NCBI GenBank assembly: GCA_000708835.1 | Contig: DF237456.1 | Span: forward strand, 2,950 to 66,949 | Reading direction: 5' to 3' | DNA length: 64,000 bases | Origin: Klebsormidium nitens | Taxonomy: Eukaryota; Plantae; Klebsormidiophyceae | In this document: positions 11,679-23,600 of the stretch, piece after piece | Position numbering within the stretch: the stretch's first letter is position 1 | Layout of the letters: each line of letters begins with the position of its first letter | The notes under the pieces: generated by a model | What the model saw: only the letters and a program-made list of their open reading frames with translations | Database searches by the model: none | What the model was told of the DNA's origin: nothing | Program-made: the position numbers and the translations under genes

Positions 11679-14600
11679 ATGAGCTCAGACGAGGGTGAGT
11701 TGCACAATCTTGCCCATTGCATGCAATAGAAGGTGGCACCGTCCTCAAGCTGAGGCGTCTAACTAGAATGTCTCACGTGGATCCGGCTTGCGGCGATCCT
11801 GCTGCGGCCGAAAAGTGTTGCAGCAAAACCTTTCATGTGTTTTGTCAGTCAACTTCAAAGCCAAATGCTTTTCACGACAAATTTCTGCTGTTGTATCCAT
11901 CATTCAGTGACCTGATGTCGTAAACAAAGAATCGTGCAACTTATGCGAAGGATTGCAGCATTGCCTTGTGCAAGCTTTCTAGTGAATGACTGACGAGGTC
12001 ATGGCTCCAGGATTAGGGTTTATCGTTCCTAAGAAAAAAGTCATCTGAGGACAGCTTTAAAGGCCCCACCTGAAAGATCAATGTCTTTGGAGGTGGTGAA
12101 GTCGTTACATATCATAGGAAGTTTTCTTGCAATATGTCACATAGATGTTCAGATGCCACCATGATTTACATTGCCTTGAAGCAAAACTGCCTCGCTGATC
12201 TTCAAGCTAGCACTAGTAGCTGATTTCCCCAACCGCTGCAAAGTATGTCACTATCTGCAATTGACATTTGCCTGGCATCATTTCAGAGGACGGGCGCGTG
12301 GAAGAGGAGGAGGAGGAGGAGGAAGAAGAGGAAGAAGAAACTTTCTCAAAGAAGAAGAAGGATCTGCAACAACGGAGGCGCCAGGGTCGTGATGATGAAG
12401 CAAGCGAGGATGACGATGATGAAGAGGAAGGTGTGCCCTCAACTGACTCTGCACCGCAAAGACGAAGTCTGATTGCTTGTTTTCGGTCGTTCAATGGTTT
12501 GCGATCTATGTCGGGGGCTTTGGCGTAGAGAATCTTCAGAGAGCAGGGCTTACTGTTCACCAACTTGTGAGTGCTTCCAGTTGTTGTGCTGACAGACAAG
12601 ATGTGGAGTTTGCTTCAGCCCCCAGGTACATTGAGTTATGGGCATTGTACGTTAGCCCCCTGTCCGGTAGAAGTTGGTGCGTCACTGTGACCGCAACCAT
12701 TTGTGGAACATTTGGATTCTATACAATGTTTCTAAAAAGTTCTATTTCTTATACGAACTTCTTTTAGAAACTTCTTCTTTCTTGTTCTTTAGTACTCTTC
12801 TTGTGCCTGCAAACCTCTGGGGTCTGGTGTATGTGTTCAATTGGCTGGGTTAGTTCTTCCGAGCGGGAGAGCAGTCTGCTGCCTGGTTGCCTCGCCACCT
12901 GTCAATTCAACGACTCATCTGGTCTTGACAGATTTCATTCAGATGTAGCGTTTCGGGCAGCAACAGCGCGGGTCTGTTTATCAAGGGGATTGACAACGAA
13001 ATCATTGCAGAGGACGAGGACGCCCCCAATGAGTATGAGAAGGATGATTTCCTGGTCGATGAGGTGGAGGAAGAGGAGGGGGGCGAGGAAGAGGAAGGGG
13101 ATGACGAGGAGAACCGCAAAGAGAGAAAGCGCAGAAAGAGGTGGGCTAACTCTGTGCAGCCCAAGTCAACAGACTTTAGCTGAGGCGCGTTTGCTTTCGG
13201 AGCGTTTTTGAATAATCTGTCAGATTCCAGGTGTTACGCTACTGGAACCTGCAACCAGCTTTACAAGGATGCAGCCAGACAGCTTCTTTGTTTTGTTGAT
13301 TCGAAGTCAGGGAAGAGGGAATTGTGCTCACAAATGATTTGACTTAGACAATTGTGTTCTGAGTACCTGGTGGCCAAGGTTGCCACCCGCGTCCTCAGGC
13401 TTCTCACATGCTTCTCGTTGGGAGACCCCAGGAAACAATGTACAAGGCTCGTGATTAAGTTTAGAGTAGCGCTCTGACAAGAGCATCAATATTAAAATGT
13501 AGCAAGCAACCACAAACGTTTTAGTTACTTTGCTCACCTGTGGGTCGGGGTTCACAGGGAGGAGCTCGAGTTGGACGAAGACGACTATGACCTCATCGCT
13601 GAGGCGAACCCCGACTTCCGGCCCCCGATCAAAAAGGTAAGCACCTGCTCGGACGATTTCTCCACCGTCTAATTCTCTCCTGCGATGTTGCGTGCACGCC
13701 TGCTTCACCTTTGAAGTTCAGAGTAACGTACCTGCTTGGTTTGATTGGAAGTTTTTAGTGACTGCATGACTCCCTTCGCCAAGTTGTCTGCTATTAGAAT
13801 GCTGTTGGAGTTCTGAATCGTCTTGGGGAGAAGTCAGAGGACAGAAGCTATAGCCGGCAGGACTTTCATGCTATTTGAGGAAGGAGCATACCAGCTTCTA
13901 GCCAAGGAGAATCGGGTTACTCATAAACTCAGAAGGAGTCTTTGGGACTCTGCTACCCGGTTCGGGGTTCAACGAACTCTGCATTTTGGAACTTGCACAC
14001 TTCTGGTTCAAGCAGAGGATCTCTACTAAACAACGCTCGGACGTGCCCTTATTGGTAGTGTTCTCTTGACAGGGGTCGGGGCCCAGGTTGAAGCGGCTGA
14101 AGAAGGCTGGCGGTTTGGGGGTTGATGCCGGAGGGGAGGAGGACGGGGGGGCTCGGAGAGCGCGCACGCAGGAGGAGCTACAGCAGGAGCTGTTCGGGGC
14201 AGGTAGGCATCATTTTAGATCGTGAAATTTTCTATTTGTTCTGCCAGCTTCTCTACGAGATGTCGAAATATCTCTCCAAAAGATGTTTTGGAGCAGATGG
14301 GCTGTCCAAATAGCAGGGACTCATTGGTTTTTCACAATAGCCATCACACTAAGCAATGTCGCAATACAGGATGGCGTGGTTGCGGGGGAGACGAGGTGCA
14401 AAGTCGCTATGGTTGTTCTCCCAAGGGTCCATATCATCGGTCTCGAATGAAAGCAACCGCTTACAAGCCGCAAGTCTCGCCAGGGGGAACGAAGGTCGAT
14501 AGGCTGTCGTACAGGACCTGTTGCTGCAACCGCTGTCGGTCGCAGCTAGTGTCGGCATTCTGTTTATTTTCGTTGACGCCATTTCCTGTCTACAAGGTAC

Positions 14601-17600
14601 CGGTTGACGTCAAGGAAAATTGAGCTGCGTGTGGTTGATGCAACCTTGACGCAACTACAAACTTTATCTCCGTGATGAGTATATGAGTGCTTGGAAGAGC
14701 CGGTGGAGGAGGAGCGCCGGGTTGACGTCATGACGGGAGAGCTGCGAGTGGCTGACATCAGCATGACGTAAGCTGACTCCCTGGTTTCTTCTCGCACAGA
14801 CGAGGACGGGGAAGAGCCGGTGGAGGAGGAGCGCCGGCCGGAGGTGGAGGAAGAAGAAGAGGACTTCAGCGAGAACGAGATGGACGGCTTCATCGTTGAC
14901 GAGGAGTTCGACGAGAACGGGAACCTGGTCCCGTGAGTCTTGTCTCCTTGCGACTCGAGTCGAAGTCAGCTTGTGGAACTTTTGATGAAAAGTTGACGAG
15001 AAGTTCGACGAGAATGAGAACCTTATCCCCCGCGAGTCATTATGCTCATGTTCGTTTTCTTTGCGTCCGAAGTAGTTCTCAGCCAATAAAAGGGGCAGTC
15101 GCAAAAGGGGAGCGGCTTCGTGTTTTCAAACGCGGGTTCTCGTCGTGGGGAGGGACTCTGCTCCCCGGTACCAGTTTCTTGTGTGGGTGCGTTAGATCCC
15201 AAGAAAAACAACGGATGAAACAGGTCATCATTGTTAGGCAGACCCAGGCGTCACACCCAAAGGGCACCACCAACCTCTGTAATCTGGTTTTTGAAGACAA
15301 AAGAAGCTCCTCTTGTCAGCAACTCTGCTTCTTGTCAATCTCTGCAGCATTCATTATTAGTACGGCCTTCTTAACGACGAGTTTACGGCTGCCTCACAGG
15401 AAGCGGAAGCAGAAGAAGAACAAGGGCGCGGAGCGACGCGGCGTCGTGGCCAGCTCTGCGGCGCTGCAGGAGGCGCAGGACATTTTCGGGGGGGTGGACG
15501 AGCTGCTGGAGCAGTACAAGAACAGGGAGCGGGAGGGCGAGGATGATGTTGATGAGGTGAGACAAGAGGGATTTAAGTAGGTTGCGTTCTACTTTTAATT
15601 AGCTGTTTTCGGAATCTGTAATAAAGCCCTGAACCAGGCTGGTCGGGGATGAAGAAGCTGCTTGAGCAGTAAGAGAAGAGTACGAGAAAGGCGGAAATAT
15701 CGCGTTTGACGAGAGGTTAAAGAAGGGTGTCGGGCGCCGTCTTTCGACCTCCTCTTCAGATTACATGATGCGGGCAGGAGGCTTAAGGTTCCAAAGATCC
15801 AGACATAGATCCAGGCAATGAACGGTTAGAGAGAGGATGAGAAGGTAAGCAGGAGACAAGGTTGGAACCTGATGATGAGTCCTGATAGCCTTCTAATGCT
15901 AATCCACGTTATTTGATACGGGCTCGCGTGCTACAAATGCCCCTAGTGCTTAAACTGCACGATCCTAGCAACTCATCTTCCGGACGTCCGCAGGGCCTTG
16001 ATGATCCGCAGGATGAGGACGAGGTGAAGGACGTCAGCGATCATTCTAAGTAACGTAGGTCTTCTTTTCCGGGTCCTCGGACACTTAGCTGACAACGTTT
16101 TCAGAACTCAGCTGTCTCAACCGCACTGCTGATTCACTTGCTTTTTGGATCTTCGCAGGGCTTCGACGATCTGCACGTGGACGAGGACGAGATGGAGGAC
16201 GAGGAGGGAGCGCCCCGGGGTCGCCGCGCGAGCAAGGCCTCGAAGCAGGCGATGCGCGCTGCACAGCGCGCGTTCGAGCCGAGCTTGCTGGAGGAGCGGT
16301 TCATGACCGACCGGGACGAGCGGATACGAACCACCGACATTCCTGAGAGGTTCCAGGTACGTACCGAGCAGAGGGGAGCTTTGGAACCTTGCCAGAGGAT
16401 GAGACTATGGGGGTGCCAAGGATCAGCAACGATTGTTTGCTACTCGATTCACGTGCGATGTCGCGGCCGCTATTAATCGATGTAACGACCGACTGGATGA
16501 GCCGCTGTCAATCGATGTAAGGACCGACAGGATCAGCGGTTTGGAGCACCAACATCCCCAAGCGATTCCAAATTGAGATAGTTTTGGTACGGAAGCTTTG
16601 GTAACCTTTTCAGACAACAGTCTTTTGAGGTGGAAAGTTAAAGATGGGATTACTCGACATTTCGGCTTTTTTAGCTTGAATAGAGTCGATGTCAGGACAA
16701 ACAGATACCGACCACCGACATCCGGTTCAAGTACTGGGCGGCATGGAAGTTGTCGAACCGTCCAGAGTAGAATGGTTATGCGTTCGGATTTCAAACGGAT
16801 GTTAATCAGGTCAAGTTTTGGTCAAGTTTGGGTCCATAAGAGCAGTTTGAGCCGATGCCTGGGATAAAGGACGCGAGAAGAGTGGCGACGTGCAGAAGTA
16901 AACAAACCGTTCAGCAGTTGGTCAGATACTTTTTGTTTGTCCTTGACGCACCTTCTACTTGCTCGCTAAGTCATTAACTTTTCTCGTCCCAGGTCTTGGA
17001 GGAACAGTATGGGCCGATGCCTGAGACCGAGGACGCGCGGAGGGAGGCGGAATGGATCTACCAACAGCTGTTCAATATCAAGTACACGATCCTACGCCCG
17101 GAATATATGAACCTGTACGACCCGGATCTGAGGCCGAATGTCGAGGAAGAGCTTCGAAATGTGCTCGTGTTGATGCATGAGGACAAACTAGAGGTGAGTG
17201 GCCGCTGGGTTATTTGATTGTTGTTTGTTTGGGCCTTTCTGTTGGGATTTAAAGTTTGCGATGTCTCAAAGCCTCGTACTTGGTGCCGAGGGTGATCTTG
17301 ACGAGGCCGCTTGTTCGGCTTTTAAGAGTTTGTCGATCCCACGCTTTACAAAGTGTGCAGCAAATCCTCGGCTCTTCAGTGAAAGTAGGTCAAACCTCTT
17401 CAAGAGCCCCCCCATGTCTACCAACTTGAAAAGTGTCTGGCTCCTACTCCAGAAGGCCTCTACGTTTGTATATACGGCAAGGAGAAGCGCAACAATCTAT
17501 TTGAAACTCCCTTACGAGCTGGGTATTTTGATCCGCCGTTCTTTCAGGAATCGTTTCAGGATCTCACCCAAACCTACCCATCCCTCAAGACCCGTCAATC

Positions 17601-20600
17601 AGCATGTGCTGGAAGAAGAAGCGCCACAGTCTTATTAAAACCCTCATATCGAGGTCTGCTTGGCCCTGTCCTTACATCCCGTTCAGAACCTCAAGCGAAG
17701 CAAAATGTCCGCTGCAGATCCCGTACATCGGCATGTACCGCAAGGAGAAGTGTCGCAACCTGCTCGACCGCCTGGCGCCCCCCCCGCAAGGCCGTCCAAA
17801 AGACGAAGAAGACGACGAGAGCCAGTCGCGCCTGCAAAAGTTCGAGCTGCTCTGGTCGGTCGCGGAGCTGGACCGGAAGTGGATGGCGCTGCGCCAGCGG
17901 AAGCGGCGGCTGGAGAAGGCGTACAAGGACCACATCACGCCGTCAATGGAGCGCGGCGGCGAGGACGCCCGGCAGTGGAGCCGGGTGCTGCAGGTGCGTC
18001 CGAATGCGTCCGAGAGCGCCGTCCGAAAGTCTTGATATACTGGAAAGTTGCCGTCGTCCGAGGACGGCGGCGAGGACGTCAGGCAGCGAGCCGGGTGCCG
18101 CAGGTGTGTCCGAAAAGCGTCCGCGAAGCGTCCGAAAACAGCACGCTGCCGTCCAAAAGATCCGCATCTTCTGGGGTATGTCAAAAATGTTGTCTTCAAG
18201 GTATCTGCTATCGTAGGCGTTTTGCCAGTGAACTGTTAAGCACGTCCACTTTCCCCTGTGGGAGAGATAGGCTTGCTGAAGGACGCAACATCTGACGGAG
18301 CGCACGACGTCAATACACACAAGCGCTCGCTGCTTCTTAGTCTCTTGGTCATGAAGCGTTGAAAAAGGTCCTAAATTGAGCGAGCTCGGCAATCCGCTCC
18401 CTCTCCGAAGTTCCAGGAGATCCGGGATCCTGGAAGAGTGACATTCGATTCGATGGGGCACGTCCGCTTCGACTACAGGAGATACAAGGCCACTGAAGGA
18501 TGCAACGTCTGACGAGTCCCTCAACGACGTGGAGGCGCACTGGCGGCTGCAACTTCTTTCGTCATACTTTTTACGTTGGTCATGCCCTTAAAAAACACGG
18601 CCTGAAAAAAGAAAGTACGTCCGAAGTATGTTCTCTCTTTCGAATGTCAAGAATTTGGAAAGTCTCGAAGTAAGCATGGTCCAAAACTTGCTCCCCGTTT
18701 GTCATTGCAGGAGATTCAGACCTTGCTGAAGGAGGCAACGTCGGACGCGGCCCTCGATGACGTGGAGGCGCGTGCGCGGCTGCTGCTGCCGGAGGAAGAC
18801 CCCAGCCTCGCGACAGTGCGGCACAAGCGGCCGCAGCGCGCGTCACTCTACGCCTACTGCAAGAGCCAGGGCCTTGCAGACGTTGCCGCCAAGTTTGGGA
18901 GCGTGCGGCAACTGGGGGCGAACTTGCAGAAAGGCTTTGTGGTGAGGCGGCCTGGTCCTTCTGCTAGACTTTCGAGTTCTAGGATTCTTAGTGTCTGAAA
19001 TTCCAGAAACTAGAGGATTCGAGACACTAGGGCCTCGCGGAGGTTGCCGCCAAGTTTGGCAGCGTGAGGCAGCTGGGGCCGAACCTGCAAAAGGGCTTTG
19101 TGGTAAGTCGTTCGATTTTGGCACATGTGCTACGATGACGAAATGCAGGAGATTGAGGATCTCGGGGCTTGAAGACTGGCCCTTCAAACTTGGGACCTGA
19201 CAGGCGATCGTCACGCTCGACTTTGTCTGTTTGCTTATGCCTCGTGAGAAAAGGTGCTTGCGTCCTTCTGCGGGCCGTTTCAATCTTACATAATCCGGTC
19301 CTGGACAAAATGGTCGACAAAGCTGAACATTATCCACTTTCCCGCCTCCCGCAGGAAACTGAGGTGGAGGATCACCCCGAACCCCCCGAAGCGGTCGCCG
19401 GTTCGTTTGCGGGCCTCGCGTTCAAGAAGCCCGCGGACGTCTTGGACGGCGCCCGGCACATGGCCGCCGTCGAGATCGCCGCGGACCCCGCGGTCCGGGC
19501 CGCTTTCCGCGAGAAGTTCATGCCCCCCGTGAGCAGCGAAGCGGCGGCGCGCCCTGGGGGGGCAGTCGTGAGCACGAAACCGACCCCCCGGGGCATGGAC
19601 GTGATCGACGATTACCACCAGTACGGGGCGGTCAAGTGGTTGTATAGTAAGCCCGTGAGGGAGTTTCAGGACGGGCAGTGGTTGCTGGTGATGAATGCGA
19701 AGGAGGAGGGGCTCATCGAGGTGACGGTGGGGCTGCCGGAGGAGGAGACAAACCAACTGAGAACACTGCTCAGCGTGAGGCTCCTTACTCCTGTGTGATT
19801 CTTCCGTCTTTGACTTCCCTTTCCGCTTTGGCTGAGGGGCAGCTCGGGTTGAGACGGCTGTGATTGCGGGCTTGTGGTTGCTGTTCCGTTCTGTCATCTC
19901 CTCGTCCTCCTCGTGTTTTTGCTGTTTCATAAGGTGTCCCTCCTTCCCTTCACGTTTTTTACCATGTTACTGCGTTATTTCTCTGTCGCCGTCAGTGGGC
20001 TCTTCTGTTCTGGTTTTAGTTCGACTCTTTATTATTTTTGATGTGTGTCCTCCGCTTGCTTATCTGTCACGGCCTGTTTGTCTTTCATCTCACTCGCTCA
20101 GAACCTTCCTGGAAACCTTCAAGGCTCTCCTGACGATTTTATAGTAATTCGACAAGCCTGTTTGAAACCAGAAGTTGTTCACTATGCGTACTGCAAGTGC
20201 ACCGTTCCCTTCCAAGCTGCACCCGCTTTGTCCCCCCTCCAAACAAAGCGCTCCTCGTCTCTCCTTCCAGGAACTGTACCTGAGCCAGAACGTGAGCAAG
20301 AACGCCCAGCTATGGAACGAGCAGCGGCGGCAAATCCTTGCCAAAGCGTTCGACGAGTTTCTAGTTCCCGCCATGGAAGCGGAAGTGCGCGCGACGCTCA
20401 CGCAGCGTGCGCGGCGTCACGTGGTCGGGAAGTGCGAGAAGTCCCTCTGGAAGCTCGCGGCGCGGGCGCCGTTTGCGCGGAAGAAGGTCGACCTGGAGGT
20501 AAGTGCGTCTTCAAGTCAGGCGTGCTTACTTTGTACTTTGATTGAGTGCGATTTAGAAGGCTCGCGACGAGATTTCTGGTGGGTCCACAGTTTCCTGTTG

Positions 20601-23600
20601 GATAATTATAAGGTTTTGGGTTTGAGGGTTGGGGTTTGGTTTTTAAGGTGCGCCGGTCTGGTCTCAGCGGAACCTTAGCTAATTCAGGTTGGATTTGACG
20701 AGTTTCTGGGTCTGCTCTCGAGGAGTCGTTTGAAAGATAGCACTCTGAGGTCTGAGGTCCTCCGTCCATGTTCTATCGTGCATCTTGTAGCCCTCTCTTC
20801 GGATTGCCTCTGCTGAACTCATCCGGTGGAACTCCGGTCCCTTAGCAAACAAGTTGTTAGAAGCCTGAGAGACCTTTCCTGGTAGTGACTTCCCGAAATG
20901 GGGCCTGGGAACGCTATCATTTTCCACCTCTCCAAAAGCCCCTGCTCTCATGAAATCTTTATTGCGAGCAACCTCCAAAAATAACAATCGTTTTCTGCAG
21001 GACGTCAATGAGGACGAGCACGCGTGCCGTGTGCTGGCCGTGTGCTGGGGCCCCGGCCGACCGGCCACGACGATCGTTATGCTCGACGAACGGGGCGAGC
21101 TTATCGACACTCTCTACACGGGATCGCTTGGGTCGAAAGGCATAGGCGGGCCTCGTGCCACGGAAAGGTGGGAGGAGGACAAGCGCAAGCTGGAGGAGTT
21201 CATCAAGGAGCACAAGCCGCACGTGGGGGTCGTGGGAGGGGCGAACCTGCGGTGCAAGAACTTGTTCGATGACGTGAACCAGGTGAGGGAGGGGGAATTA
21301 AGGTTGGCTTCGTCTGAGGTTGTTGGTTGAACATTTTGCGTTTACATGACTTTCATGTTTCACGGTCGAGTGTGACTCCGATTGATGGACTTATGAGTCA
21401 AGGCACGGTACTGGACATTCTTCGTGTTTTGGTGATCAAGCCATCACGGAATGGTTGATGGAGCGTCCTTACTACGCTTAAACGAGAGACGAAAGATGGG
21501 AACGGAAACTTGTGGTCAACATAGAGAGGGGCACTCCGATGCCCGCAGTTGATCTGCACGCAGTGTGAGGGAATGTAATCATCCCAGGGATCCGGGTTCT
21601 GCAATTGGCTAGCCCAATACAAAGCAGAACGAAACAAGATTAGGTAAGAGAATTAGTTGCATAAGATCAAACGAGAATCCGCTGCTTTCTGCAGGTGATC
21701 TACAACATAGTAGAGGTCGAAATCGACCAGCTGGCGGCGGGCCTCGACACCCTGCACGTCTTCTACGCGGACGAGTCCATCCCGCTGCTCTACGAAAAGT
21801 CCAAGGTGTCCGAAACGCAGCTCTCCGGACAGCCCGAGATGGTCCGGCGTGCGGTCGCGCTCGGACGGGCGATCCAAAACCCGCTCGCCGCGTTGGCCGC
21901 GCTGTGCGGGCCCGGACGGGAAGTTGCGCTGTTGCGGATGCACGCGATGCAAGGGTTGGTGTCACAGGAGGAGCTGTGGGGGGCGGTCGAGCGCGTGATG
22001 ACAACGATTACCACGCAGGTGAGAAGGGCAAACTTAGGTGTGGTTTCGCTCCGAATACAGGGTTTTGTCCGTCTGCTTCCTGATCATTACTAGAAACTTC
22101 TGGTGGGGCCAGGCAGTTGCCTTTTTGAGATTCCTCGCAATGTAAGAGCTGGTGTCGCATGAGAGGCTATGGGGGGCGGTCGAGCACGTGATGACGGGCG
22201 ATTACCGCGCAGGTAGGAAGGGTCGACTTGTGCTCGCTCTCTCATTAAATTCTGAACCTCTTTGTAAGTGATTTCCTTTCCAGGTTGACATCGATGTGAA
22301 CACGGTCGATCGTTCTTCACGAGTGACTCTCCTTCAGGATGGTGTGCCGTTTCTGGCACTAGAGCGCAACCATTCTGAAGCTATACTTACGGTCTTGACG
22401 ATCATATTCACAGCAGAAATAAGTCACATCACTTTTGTTCCAGGTGGCCATCGATGTGAATACGGCCATTCACCACGAGTAGCTCTTCGCCTAGCTCCAA
22501 ATTTTTCGTGCTCGCTTATGCACACTCACAAATCGTTCAGACAGCTCTACTGCCTGTATTCACACCTTTCACCCTCTTGAACGCTCCGATTGTTGTTCCA
22601 GGTGGGCATCAATGTGAACAAGGCCATCCACCACGAGTGGCTCTTTGCCCCGCTCCAGTGTCTTCGTGCCCACTCATTCACACTCCAAACCGTCCAGACT
22701 GACAGCTCCACTGCGTGCATTCACACCCACTACCTTTCTGACTGAAAGCTCCGATTCTCCTTCCAGGTGGGCATTGATGTGAATACGGCCATTCACCACG
22801 AGTGGCTCTTTGCCCCGCTCCAGTTTGTCCCTGGTCTCGGCCCCCGCAAAGCACAAGCGCTGCAGCAAGCGCTGGCGGGGCGCGGCCGGCTCACGGTGCG
22901 CAAGGACCTGCTCAACTTCAAGTGGGTCGCCAAGCAGGTCTTCATCAATTCTGCCGGTTCGCTGCGTACGAGGGCAACTGCTGCGGCGGCGCATGCCGAG
23001 GTACGTATTCCAATGGGGTTTTGAGAGTGCGAGGGATCATGATTTTTTCAATGGCGTGTAGTGACAGCTCAAATCTCAAGTGGGTCGCCAAGCAGGTCTT
23101 CTCAATTCTGCCGGTTCGCTGCGTACGCGGGCAACTGCAGCGGCCGCGCATGCTGAGGTAAGCACTGTGTTTCTAGACCTGATTTGGAACGTAAGTCTCA
23201 AAAGAAGTAGAGTGGTTTGAAACGACGGAATGGGTGGGTCGGCAAGAGGGTTTTCGGCTGGGTCACTGCGCACAAGATCCATCGTTTTGGCAGCACAAGC
23301 CGAGCTACGTATTGTCGGGTAGCTCGGCTTGTGCGTGTGCTGACTTGTGTATTAGGGTCTTCGTCACCACTCACGTTGGCTCATATAAACGCGTCTACCA
23401 GTGCCGCGAAATCTTTCCAAACAACGAAAGAAATTGTCAACAACCCTGAACCAGCCCCGAAAACCGCTCGTTATTCCCGACTCCTTACAGCTTATCCTTT
23501 CAGAAATTGTAAGCTAGTCCTCTAAACCCTCTCGATCCCTGCAAACCTTGGATCCTTTAGGATCCTGAAAACTCTTTGTAACCCTTTGTAACCTTTTTAA

